64,000 nucleotides of DNA from Squalus acanthias (taxonomy: Eukaryota). The position numbers were made by a program, and so were the translations under genes. Positions 1 to 11,318 of this stretch are shown here, one piece after another. The stretch is from assembly GCA_030390025.1 (NCBI GenBank), contig CM059433.1:23624001-23688000 (forward strand), written 5' to 3'. The notes beneath the pieces are model-generated. The model was not told where the DNA came from and did not search any database. It worked only from the letters and a program-made list of their open reading frames with translations. Every line of letters starts with the position of its first letter. Within the stretch, counting starts at the first letter, position 1.

Positions 1-1630
1 TTGTCTATCTTTCGTCTCATTATTTTCTTCATTATAATTTTTTTAACTTATATTATATCTAGTAAGTTCCTCTCCTTGATTTATTTTTAATTTTAACTTA
101 ATTAGCATACAAGGTTCACTTTGCTCACCAGAGCTCTGACTACAATCAAGATACCATAACACACATGGGACATGGGACTCTTTTCATACTTCAACCTAGA
201 TTTTCCAATGGGTGTTAATTTAATGTCAGCGTTAGCCCATTCATTTTAAATTCATATAATGTCAATCAGAATATCTAGGCTTTACATTTCTTATGCTAAT
301 ATACCCCTAATTTAAAGAGTAGCCATTGTTCCAATTAAACTTAGGTTTTCTGCCCCCTTCTTTTAATGGATGAGTGAGGAAAACTTATTTGGGATTATTT
401 GGGATGTAATAAATAGGTACAGTCTCACTTCCCTCAACACATCTTACACTCAGGATAACGTAGGGATTGTATAAACTTATGTGATTTTGTTCTCTTGCAA
501 TCTCTGGAGTGCTGGGCCGCAGCCAACATGTGATCCACTCCTTATAGTCTATAATTACCTTAGAAAACCTCACTCATCTGAACTCATCTTACACTCATGG
601 TGACTTCCATAAATTATGTAAATTTATGCACTCTTGTTCTCTACCAGTCTCTGGAGTGTTAACCCTAAACTAACATGAGCTCCATTCCACGCTTCTGTAG
701 AATCCTATCATGTAATTCCTCTCTGTTCTAATGCTACCCAAATTTCTCTATGCTTTATTTCAGAGTTCATGTTAAGACACTAATTTTGAAAATAAATCCT
801 TAACAATGAAGCAGCTTTTATCTGAACAAACAGAAGGCATATGATTCATATCCTTATATTATACAGTGCAATAAATATTAACAGTTAAAGGCCAAAAGCT
901 CAAATAATGATCTGAGTATAATACCACTAGAAAGCGTATAATGTTAAAGAATAAGGGTCACCGATTAGTAGCCTTAAAAAGTAACAATTACAAATAATAA
1001 TTCATAGTCATTTTTGTGTGTTTCTGTCTTTGTTTTCTTGAACATTTTGTTTGAACCATTCAATGTGCATCTCAAAATTTGCTGCACTGATTTGGAACAC
1101 TAGGGTCCAGGGAATGAGAGTGCCTAACTAATTATAGCAGAATTATAATGTTAGCACGAGCACTTCAGTTTTAATTGTGAATGTTAATTCACATTCAGAC
1201 TCCATAATGCACCCAACACAGCTCACATAAAGATGTCAGCAGCTTTCAGTGATTTTGAATGGAAACATTGCAAACAATCATCAGAAAGACAGATGTAAAC
1301 AAAAGGAAGCTGATCAGAATTCCTTTGCCATTTTTTTGGAAAATGGAAATGGACAGAGACACTGAGGTCGATTTTAAGCCTGCCGAAATTGGCATTATCC
1401 AAACAGTGACATTTTGTTAGCCTTGCCGCCTCATTAACTCCGACTATCAACCCGCTGTGACACGGGGCTAACGCTGGGGGGCTGAAACGCCTGCCTGTTT
1501 CAGGTGGTTTACCTCTTTTTAATATGCAAATTATAGTAACTGTCCAATGAATATTTAGTGTTGGATATGTTAGAAGTGAACAGTGACTTGGGGGAGGGTC
1601 GGCCTGAGCAACACTGCACCAGCGTGGAAC

Positions 1631-2056
1631 AAGAAAGAAAGAAAACTATACATTTATATAGCACTTTTCATGTCCTCAGAACATCCCAAACGTCTTCAAA
1701 ACTAATGAATTACTTTTGTAGTGTAGTCACTGTTGTGTAGACAAACTTGCACACATTCAGGTCCCATAAATAGCAATGAGATGTTGATGTTGGTTGAGGG
1801 ATACATGTTGGCCAGGACACCAGGAGAATTCCCCATCTCTTCTTCAAATGTACTATGGGATGTCCAACTGAACAGGTAGAATCGACCTCAATTTAACATC
1901 TCATCCAACATAAGTTAACTCTGACAAAGCAACATGTCTTCAATACTGCACTGAAGTGTCAACTTAGATTATGTGCTCAAGTCCTAGAGGGGGTCTTGAA
2001 TCCATGATCTTCTGACACCAGAGGGGAGAATGCTACCACTGAGCCAAGCTGGCACT
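1631..2056 (-). mobile_element. tRNA-derived Deu-domain SINE (SacSINE1/AmnSINE1-like), diverged copy
   Basis: Collinear with the cleaner copy at 26909-27380. On the minus strand it has a tRNA-like head (GGCTCAGTGG...GGATTCAAGACC), a conserved core and a GTGCTATATAAATG tail. Confidence 0.75.
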
Positions 2057-2099
2057 TACCAATGGAGTGAGAGGCAGGTTGACTTCAAGAAAAGGAAGG

Positions 2100-2620
2100 T
2101 GGTAACAGTAGGACATATCCATAGTAATGAGCAGATAGCCTTTTTTGTACTTGTGATCTGAAGTTCCAAATGATATGTTGCCTCTTGATGTCAAGGTGAA
2201 GGACATCATGAATGGGTGGAATAACCTCTGGGAAGGGAGGGAGAGTAGGCAAAATGTGTGGTCTATGTTGGAATCAATGGCATAGATAGAAGTCTGTTTG
2301 AGGTCTTGCACAGGGAGTTTGGGGATTGAAATACAAATCCACAAGGGTGTTAATCTCAGGATTGCTTTCTGTGCCACATGCTGGACTGGTAAGTCAAAGA
2401 AAATTAGGAAGTTAAACACTTGGGTGCAGGCTGGTGCAGGAGTGAAGGGTGCAATTCTTGGGGCATTGATGTGAACTCTGGTATATGAGAAGGGTATACC
2501 AAAGGGACAGCCTAAACTTGAACTGAACAGCACCAATGTCCTTGTGGCAGGGTAAATAGGGCAGTAAAGGTGGATTTAAACTAATATAGCAGGTGGGTGG
2601 GAAAAGTCTAGGTTTGAGAT
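2100..2620 (+). pseudogene. Degraded CR1 LINE ORF1 (SGNH esterase-like) fragment
   Basis: Broken reading resembles the CR1 ORF1 segment 'GARVKDI...GEGEQP.VVVHVGTNDI' (aaggtgaaggacatc...ggtctatgttggaatcaatggcata). Many stops and frameshifts. Confidence 0.45.
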
Positions 2621-3339
2621 TGAAGATGAGCAATAGGATTAATAAAGCTGTTTTAATGGAAATAGAAGGCTTTTGAAATAAATACTGAGAAAATACTATC
2701 ATTGGAGAAAGAGAAAGAAACAGGCTATGAGACCGTGAAATAAAAACACTGTTGTAGAAGGGACAAGGGATATCAAAAAATAAAATGATAAAACCAAGAA
2801 AAGGAATAAAAGTCAACGCTGCAAAAATTGGAGTTAGAATTAGGGAGGAAGTCACTGACCGATCACGTCAACGTCAGATGTGTTATCTGTCAAGTCTTCT
2901 TGAAAGAAGAAATGTCAACATTTGACAGCTCTGTGAAGCTGTCAAACACTGACATTCTCTTTAGTTTGATGAGTCCTTGTGTTGAGGACTCACCAAACCG
3001 TTCAAATTTGTAAATTTCACATGGTTATTGGAACGGAGGTTCCAACAGCCAGTCTGTGAAATTGACAAGCAGGATGTCGGGTCTCCCGATCCACCGTGGC
3101 TAAAGGCTGTAGGAAGAAAACAAGGTAAGTGTTGAGGCTGCCGCGAAACACGAATGGAGGCTGAATCCATGTGTGGAAAACAAGAAACTTTTATTTACTG
3201 CATGCTATAACAAAATTGCTGCGAGAGAACTGCTCCCAGAATTCTCTGGAAAAACTCCCAGAATTCTCTGGGTAAAACCTGAGGCCCCGCCCCCTTCTGC
3301 CTTAAAGGTAATGTGCCTTAAAGCGGAGGGGCTGGAAAT

Positions 3340-5497
3340 TTGTCAAGCTTGAATAAAGGAGACTATGAAGGTATGCGAGCGGAATTGAGTAGAGTGGATT
3401 GGGAAAATAGATTAAAGGGTAAGACGACACATGATCAGTGGTGTACATTCAAGGTGTTATTTTACAACTTCCAAAAAATATATATTCCACTGAAAAGAAA
3501 AGGGTGTAAAAGAAAGGACAGTCATCCGTGGCTAAGTAAAGAAATTAAGGATAGTATTCGACTAAAAACAAGGGCATATAAGGTAGCGAAATCTAGTGGG
3601 AGGACAGAGGATTGGGAAAACTTTAAAAGGCAGCAAAAAATAACAAAAAGATTGATTAAGAAAGGGAAGATAGATTATGAAAGTAAATTAGCAAAAAATA
3701 TAAAAACAGATAGTAAGAGTTTTTATAGTTATATAAAAAGAAAAAGGGTGGCTAAAGTAAACGTTGGTCCCTTAGAGGATGAAACCGGGAAATTAATGGT
3801 GGGAAATATGGAGATGGCAAAAACACTGAATGAATATTTTGTATCAGTCTTTACAGTAGAGGACACTAAGAATATCCTAACACTGGACAAACAGGGGGCT
3901 ATAGGGGGAGAGGAGCTAAACACGATCAAAATCACTAAGGAAGTGGTACTCGGTAAAATAATGGGACTCAAGGCGAATAAATCACCTGGACCTGATGGCT
4001 TACATCCTAGAGTCTTGAAGGAAGTGGCGGTAGGGATTGTAGATGCATTGGTAATCATTTTTCAAAACTCCCTGGATTCCGCTAAGGTCCCGGCAGACTG
4101 GAAAACTGCTAATGTAACACCCTTATTTAAAAAGGGCAGTAGACAGAAGGCTGGTAACTATAGACCGGTTAGCCTAACATCTGTGGTAGGTAAAATTTTG
4201 GAGTCCATTATTAAGGAAACAGTAACAGGACATTTGGATAATCATAATTTAATAGGACAAAGTCAGCATGGTTTTACGAAGGGGAAGTCATGTTTGACAA
4301 ATTTGCTGGAGTTCTTTGAGGAAGTAACATATAGAGTGGATAAAGGGGAACCAGTGGATGTAGTGTATTTAGACTTCCAAAAGGCATTTGACAAGGTGCC
4401 ACATAAAAGATTATTGCTTAAGGTAAAAAATCACGGGATTGGGGGTAATATTCTGGCATGGATAGAGGATTGGCTATCTAACAGAAAGCAAAGAGTTGGG
4501 ATAAATGGTTCATTCTCAGACTGGCAATCAGTAACTAGTGGTGTTCCACAGGGGTCAGTGCTGGGTCCCCAACTCTTTACAATCTATATTAATGATTTGG
4601 AGGAAGGGACCAAGTGTAACATATCAAAATTTGCAGATGATACAAAGATGGGAGGGAAAGTAGTGAGTGAGGAGGACATAAAAAACCTGCAAGGGGACAT
4701 AGACAGGCTAAGTAAGTGGGCAGAGATTTGGCAGATGGAATACAACACTGGAAAGTGTGAGGTGATGCACTTTGGCAGGAAAAATCCTAGAGCAATTTAT
4801 TATCTTAATGGCAAGAAACTGGAGAGTACTGAAGTGCAAAGGGATCTGGGGGTCCTGGTGCACGAAACTCAAAAGGTTAGTATGCAGGTGCAGCAAGTGA
4901 TTAAGAAGGCAAATAGAAACATAGAAACATAGAAACATAAATGGAATGTTGGCTTTCATTGCTAGGGGGATAGAATATAAAAATAGGGAGGTATTGCTTC
5001 AGTTGTACAAGGTATTGGTGAGACCGCACCTGGAATACTGCATACAGTTTTGGTGTCCTTACTTAAGGAAAGACATCCTTGCTCTCGAGGCAGTGCAAAA
5101 AAGGTTCACTCGGTTAATCCCGGGGATGAGGGGGTGGTCATATGAGGAGAGGTTGGGTAGATTGGGACTCTACTCATTGGAGTTCAGAAGAATGAGAGGC
5201 GATCTTATTGAAACATATAAGATTGTGAAGGGGTTGGATCGGGTGGATGCGGGGAGGATGTTCCCGATGACGGGTGAGACTAGAACTAGGGGACATAGTC
5301 TTAGAATAAGGGGCTGCTCTTTCAAAACTGAGATGAGGAGGAACTACTTCACTCAGAGGGTGGTAGGTCCATGGAATATGCTGCCACAAAAAGCTGTAGA
5401 AGCTACATCATTAAATAAATTTAAAACAGAAATAGACAGTTTCCTAGAAGTAAAGGGCATTAAGGGTTACGGGGAGCGGGCAGGAATTTGGACATGA
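3340..5497 (+). pseudogene. CR1 ORF2 reverse transcriptase (5'-truncated, one frameshift at ~4915)
   Basis: RT motifs KSPGPDG, YRPVSLTS, QHGF, YLDFQKAFDKVPH, GVPQGSVLGP and FADD, then C-terminal RPHLEYC and RGHSLR. The 530-aa and 183-aa ORFs join across a 28-bp insertion. Confidence 0.95.
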
Positions 5498-5730
5498 GTC
5501 TAGGTTCGGATCGGTCATGGCCCTGTGGGTAGTGGAGCGGGCCCAGGGACCGTGTAGCCTGATTCTGCTCCTATTTCATGTGTGCAATTCTGTTAGATGC
5601 AGGAGATGGTTCTGTGATAGTAGATTGGCGGTTAGGATCAGATCAGCCATGATCTTATTGAATGGCGGAGCAGGCTCGAGGGGCCGATTGGCCTACTCCT
5701 GCTCCTATTTCTTATGTTCTTATGTTCTTA
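3340..5730 (+). mobile_element. 5'-truncated CR1 LINE, young copy, with 3' UTR and (TTCTTATG)n tail
   Basis: Long ORF2 remnant followed by the typical 3' UTR (gatcagccatgatcttattgaatggcggagcaggctcgagggg...cctactcctgctcctatttcttatgttcttatgttc). Confidence 0.95.
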
Positions 5731-6199
5731 GACGGAAGAGTGGATTATGCCCATTTTAGGTGGCGATCCGCCACACAAGTGAACATTTTTTTAAACTTAT
5801 CACTCACCTTGCATACTCACCACTCCACACTTGCACCCATCACTCACCTTTACATCTTACTTCCAGGTGCCTCCGACCGCCGCAGACCTCCTCCACGTCT
5901 CCTCCAACCCGGCGGGGTTCTCCGAGGTCGGGAAACCTTCACCTGTGAAGGTAAAATGGCACGAATCCTTTTTTCTGCCTGTTAACTAACTGTTAACAGG
6001 CAGTTAAAAGGATTAAATGTCTTTCCCGCTTCCAGGAGACGGGACCCGAAGCTGCACCCATCTTCCCGCCTCCTGGCCAAAGGGCATGGAGGCGGGGTGG
6101 GGGCAGCTTTGCCATCCGCCCCCACTTTCTCCGAGTTTACCGGCTGTCCCGCCTCCATGCCCGCCTCCTCGGGGCTTGGAAAATTCAGCCTATAGAGTT

Positions 6200-6720
6200 C
6201 AAAATAAATATAGTCCTCTAAAGCAAAAAGGAGTATCAAAGTATAAATAGATTAAAACTGAACATGGAACTTAAAAAGGAAGACCTATGATAAAGTTAGA
6301 GCTAGCAATACTAAAGATAGTCATGAGGAATATAGAAAGCGTGGTGTGGAGGTGAAAAGGTCAAAAAGGAAATATGAAAAAAATTAACAGGTAATATAAA
6401 AGGAAAGAATGAGGGCTATTAAAATGTAAAAGAATAGTTAGAAAAAGGGTTGAACCACTTAGGGATGAAGGAGGGAATCTAATTATGAAAGATGAATGTA
6501 TGGCTGAGGTATTAAATAAATATTTTGCATCATTATTTACAAATGATGGTGGATGTGAGAACATAGGTATACGATAGGAGGATATGGAACAATTTTGGAG
6601 GAAACTGTAGAAAGGGATTTGTTCCAAGAAAATAGAAGAGCCGAGGGTTGATAAGTCACCAGGCTCCGATGACATGAACCTTAGGCCGTTGAGAGAAGTC
6701 AGAGAGGAGACAGCAGGAAC
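6200..6720 (+). pseudogene. Older degraded CR1 ORF2 fragment
   Basis: Remnants read 'AEVLNKYFASLFT' and 'DKSPGSD..'. Confidence 0.65.
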
Positions 6721-7623
6721 TGTAGGCCCACTGCCTATTTTTGCTGCAGTCCATTTCCTAATTACAGAGTGACGCCTCAGAGCACTTGCATGAACAATAT
6801 ATAACTGCAGGAACGGGTCCCCGACCCATTTACTGCCCCACCCACACTAGATCCACTCAAAATCAGACAAAATGGGACTGGAACAACTGGGCTGAGGAGT
6901 TCGGAATATGTTTATAGGACCTAAGGAAGCTATTGGAAGATCGCAGTGTGTAAGCAATTATACAGTGACCTTTAGCAGATGCTGTATCAATAACTAATGT
7001 ACAACAAAACTTATCGTTCAAAAATTGTTTCCCAACTGAAGCCACCAGTGCACTGAGGGCAGATCGCTAATGTGAAAAGACGCCTATCATCAGAATATGA
7101 TTTGTTAAAGGTGTAATTTATGACAGCCTAATTTGTCTGATATTATCAATCTATCCCATGTAGACTCATTGGGAAAACACCTCAAAGATTTCGCCATTAG
7201 CGTTACCGTTACTTTAACAGCAAAATCGGGCCCATTATTTCTCTCCCACATTGGGTTTAATCTAATTGAATGCAGTAGACATCCTCATGTTGCAAGCATC
7301 CAGCCTTGCTCTGGTGGGTGAGAGGAGTGTTAAAGGTCACCCTAAAGGAGTACAATTTGTCATGGGCTGGTCAATTGCATTCCCAGTCCTGCAAAATTTA
7401 ATTAAAGAAAACTGTCCTCCTCTTCAGCTGCCTGTCAGTCAGCCGGTCCCACTCCGGTGCTCAGGCACCCAAGGCCTGTAGCAGAGATATTCCTTCCTCT
7501 TGTGGCAGGACAGTTGGTGCAGGTGGGAATTCCTAATGATGTTGTCAGCCGTGGCTCAGTGGTAGCGCTCTCACCTCCGAGTTAGAAGGTCGTGGGTTCA
7601 AGTCCCACTCCAGGGATGTGCAC

Positions 7624-10010
7624 TACCTCGTCCACCACCTCTCTCAACTTGTCAGACTGCTTGTCAGACATCCAGTACTGCAAGAGCAGAAATTTCATCC
7701 AATTAAATATTGGGAAGACCGAAGCCTATGGGGGCGATTTTCTCACTGGAGGCGAGATGGAGGCGGGTTTCGGCTTGGGTGTGTCAGAAACTCGCCTCCA
7801 CTGATAGTTTTCAAAAAATTGAGATTTTCCCATGATTGGCCACTTGATTTCAGAGGTGTGGGATGCCCTTGCTCAATTAGTGTTTTGGGACTGAAACTCG
7901 CCTCTGTTGACAGCACTTTTCCAGTCTGATTTTATGGCTTCTTGCTCCCTTGGCTCATTCCACAGAATTTCTGCTCCTCCTGCACCACCTCCAACATCTT
8001 TTGAGATACGAATATCCAATTCCAAGGCAAGGGCCTCCCCGAGGCTCTCGGATGAGGCGCTGCAAATGTTGTTTGAGGGGATGAGAACTAGCATGGAGGT
8101 CCTCTTCCACTCATCTCGGAGGAAGAGGCCTGCCAAAGAAACCAAGGCTGTGTGGGGGCAGCTGGCAAGGGATATAACCTCCAGATCTGTGTGTAGATTG
8201 GGAGACTGTTTCTGTGTATTGATGAAACGCCATCCCTGTTGGAAAGCATTAACATGATTTGATGCCAAAATGTTGGCGTTATGCCATCTGTTACTTAGCC
8301 TCAGGCAGCTCCACATTGCGGGCAACGCCACACTTGCGTTGTCAGGTTGGTGGCCTGACTGAAAGGAGGCCAGAGAGTCATGTCCATTGTCAATGAAGTC
8401 CTGGCATGGAGCCAAGGACATGTGCCAACTTGGCCAACCTATACATATCTGGCCATGATAAGTTAATCCCTGGCAGCCATGTGCTTGCGTGCTGCCACTG
8501 CCGCTGGTCGAAACACCGGCGCTCTGACCTCCTCCTGCTCCTCCTCCTCCTCCTGCTGCTCCTCCTCCTGTTCCTCCTCCTCCAGATCCTCCTCCTCCTC
8601 CTCAGCCTCCACCTCCTCCTCATCCTCATCCTCATCTGAGGTCCAAGGTGTAAGGAAATGAATGTTTCCCATTCTGCTTGCAGATGCCTCCTCTGGGGAA
8701 GCGCTCATTGTAAGCGGGGTGAGGTTCTTCTCAGGAGGTCCCACAGTTGATGGAGTCAAGCTGTAGCACCTCTGACTTCGAAAGGCCTTCTAAAAGTGCT
8801 CAGAGACCTTTTAAAGCCAAGGTCTGGCACCTGCAAGTAAGCCTTGCTGCATTGGACGAGCTCTTGTTAGACCTGCAGCAGTGAAGAGGTCACCCACGAG
8901 TTAACCCACCAGGATTACCTGGCATGGTTCAGAAGTTGCGTGAAGCACGCCGAAATGATGGTAAATTCAAGAGGGCCTCTCAAAATAGGATTAGAGAGGC
9001 CCTTAACAAGCATTTGCAGTAGTTAATTAACGCTATGGCCAGCTGGAGGCGGGAGCGTTTCCCGACCGCCAAAACCAGCACCGGCGAAATCCCACAGAGG
9101 CGGGTTGGAGTCGGGTTTCTGACCCGACCTCAGTCATTCGAATTTTCCCGCCTTTCCCTACTCCAAACCCGCCTCCTCCAGCGTCAGAAAATCGCCCCCA
9201 TTGTCTTCGGTCCCTGCCACAAACTCTGTTCCGTAGCCATAGACTCCATCCCTCTCCCTGGCAACTGTCTGAGGCTGAAGCAGACTGTTCGCAACCTTGG
9301 TGTCGTATTTGACTTCGAATTAAGCATCTGACCACATTACTAAGACCGCCTATTTCCATCTCTGTAACATTGCCTGACTCCACCCCTAACTCAGCTCATC
9401 TGCTGCTGGAACCCTCATCCATGGCCTTTGTTACCTCTAGACTTGACTATTCCAACACTCTCCTAGCCAGCCTCCCATCTTCCACCCTCCATAAACTTAA
9501 GCTTACCAAAAACTCTGCTGCCCGTATCCTAACTCACACAAAGTCTCGTTCATCCATCACCCCTGTGCTCGCTGACCTACATTGGCTCCCAGTTAAACAA
9601 CGCCTCGATTTCAAAATTCTCATCCTTGTTTTCAAATCCCTCCATGGCCTCACCCCTCCTTATCTCTGTAATCTCCTCCAGCCCTACAATCCCCCGCAAT
9701 ACCTGCGCTCCTCTAATTCTGCCCTCTTATGCATCCCTGATTATAATCGCTCAACCATTGGTGGCCATGCCTTCAGCTGCCGAGGCCCTAAGCTCTGGAA
9801 TTCCTTCCCTAAACCTCTCCGCCTCTCAACCTCTATCCTCCTTTAAGACATTCCTTAAAACTTACATCTTTGACCAAGCTTTTAGTCATCTGCCCTAATA
9901 TTTCCTTCTGTGGCTCAGTGTCAAATTTTGTTTGATAACGCTCCTGTGAAATGCCTTGGGACGTTTTACTACGTTAAGGGTGCTATATAAATGCAAGTTG
10001 TTCTTGTTGT
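7624..10010 (+). mobile_element. L2-clade LINE 3' fragment (7624-7726 + 9200-10010), interrupted
   Basis: Reads LNIGKTEA|IVFGP across the insertion, then VRNLGVVFD, AFVTSRLDYSN, ITPVLADLHWLPV and KLWNS. Tail GCTATATAAATGCAAGTTGTT is shared with the Deu-SINE tail. Confidence 0.9.
7730..9199. mobile_element. Internally deleted PIF/Harbinger element
   Basis: Perfect 14-bp TIR GGGGGCGATTTTCT / AGAAAATCGCCCCC. Contains a Myb/SANT N-terminus on + (RASPRLSDEALQML...VWGQLARDITSRS) and an acidic poly-E tract on -. Confidence 0.85.
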
Positions 10011-10828
10011 AGGCTGACACTCCAGTGCAGTACTAAGGGAGTGCTTCACTGTTGGAGGTGCGGTTTTCGGATGAGACGTTAAACCGAGGACCGATCTGCC
10101 CTCTCAGATGGACATAAAAGATCCCACGGCACTATATCGAAGAAGAGCAAGGGAGTTCTCCCCAGTGTCCTGGCCAATGTTTATCCCTCAACCAACACCT
10201 AAATACAGGCTATCTGGGCATTATCACATTGCTGTTTGTAGGATCTTGCTGTGCGCAAATTGGCTGCTGCGTTTCCTATATTACAACAGAGACTATGGCC
10301 ATGATCTTACCTCCGAGGCACATTCCGTGCAGAGTGGAGGAGTTAGGGACGAGAAACCTGGAAGGAAGGTTTTAATTTTTTTCTGTAGGTTTCCCGCCCA
10401 CAGCCTGCCTGCCACGTGGGAAATTCTGCAGCGCAAGGCCGGAGCCGAGCTGAGAGCAGGTAGGCCTAGTGGGAGAGATGGTGGGTGCAGGTGGTGGTGG
10501 TGAGAGGAACTCGATCACGGGGGCAACGCAGATGGTGGTCGAGGGGGCTCCGATCCTGGGGGCGTGGGGCAGCTGGTGGTCAGGGGGAGCAGATGGTGAT
10601 TGGGGGAGCAGATGGTGGTCAGGGCGTCCGATCGCAGGGAGGGTCAGATGGTGGTCGGTGGGGGGCATCCGATCGCGGGGGCGGGGAGCAGCTGGTGGTC
10701 GGGGGGGGGCAATCATTAGTGGGGGGTGTGGGAAGGTGGTGGTTGCGGGGGGTCCGATCATGGGGGCGGGGGTCAGCTGGTGGACGGGGGGTGTCCGATC
10801 GCGAGGGGTGTGGGAAGGCGGTGGTCGT

Positions 10829-11318
10829 GGGGAGCAGATGGTGATTGGGGGAGCAGATGGTGATTGGAGGAGCAGATGGTGATTGGGGGAGCAGATGGTG
10901 ATTGGGGGAGCAGATGGTGATTGGGGGAGCAGATGGTGATTGGGGAGCAGATGGTGATTGGGGGAGCAGATGGTGATTGGGGGAGCAGATGGTGATTGGA
11001 GGTGCAGATGGTGATTGGGGGAGCAGATGGTGATTGGAGGAGCAGATGGTGATTGGAGGAGCAGATGGTGATTGGAGGAGCAGATGGTGATTGGGGGAGC
11101 AGATGGTGATTGGAGGTGCAGATGGTGATTGGGGGAGCAGATGGTGATTGGGGGAGCAGATGGTGATTGGGGGAGCAGATGGTGATTGGGGGAGCAGATG
11201 GTGATTGGGGGAGCAGATGGTGGTTGGAGGAGCAGATGGTGATTGGGGAGCAGATGGTGATTGGGGGAGCAGATGGTGATTGGGGAGCAGATGGTGATTG
11301 GGGAGCAGATGGTGGTTG
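10829..11318 (+). repeat. G-rich minisatellite, 19-bp unit GGGGGAGCAGATGGTGATT, about 25 copies
   Basis: Directly visible tandem array, flanked by degenerate CCGATCG-containing variants. It explains the low-complexity ORFs at 10372-11608. Confidence 0.97.

Larger units (their letters stand above)
3130..5775 (-). mobile_element. Short solo LTR (Gypsy-like), interrupted by CR1
   Basis: Minus strand begins TGTGGCGGATCGCC and ends GCCTCAACA, with AATAAA near the 3' end (~3190). Flanked by a 4-bp TAAG/CAAG duplication. The empty site GGTAAGTGAAC is visible near 29140. Confidence 0.75.
2839..6191. mobile_element. Non-autonomous Harbinger-type TIR element, split by an LTR+CR1 insertion (left end lost)
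   Basis: 2839-3129 and 5776-6191 are highly similar to contiguous parts of the intact copy at 28709-29554. Ends in GGAAAATTCAGCC. Confidence 0.85.

Noticed and set aside
7544..7615. tRNA gene
   Set aside because: The A and B boxes belong to the SINE head, which continues into the SINE body at 10010. The same applies at ~27310-27380.
8390..8759. Poly-E, poly-L, poly-S and poly-R ORFs
   Set aside because: A (CTC)n tract inside a deleted Harbinger element, not a host gene.
10829..11318. CRISPR-like array
   Set aside because: Tandem units with no unique spacers, in a vertebrate context.
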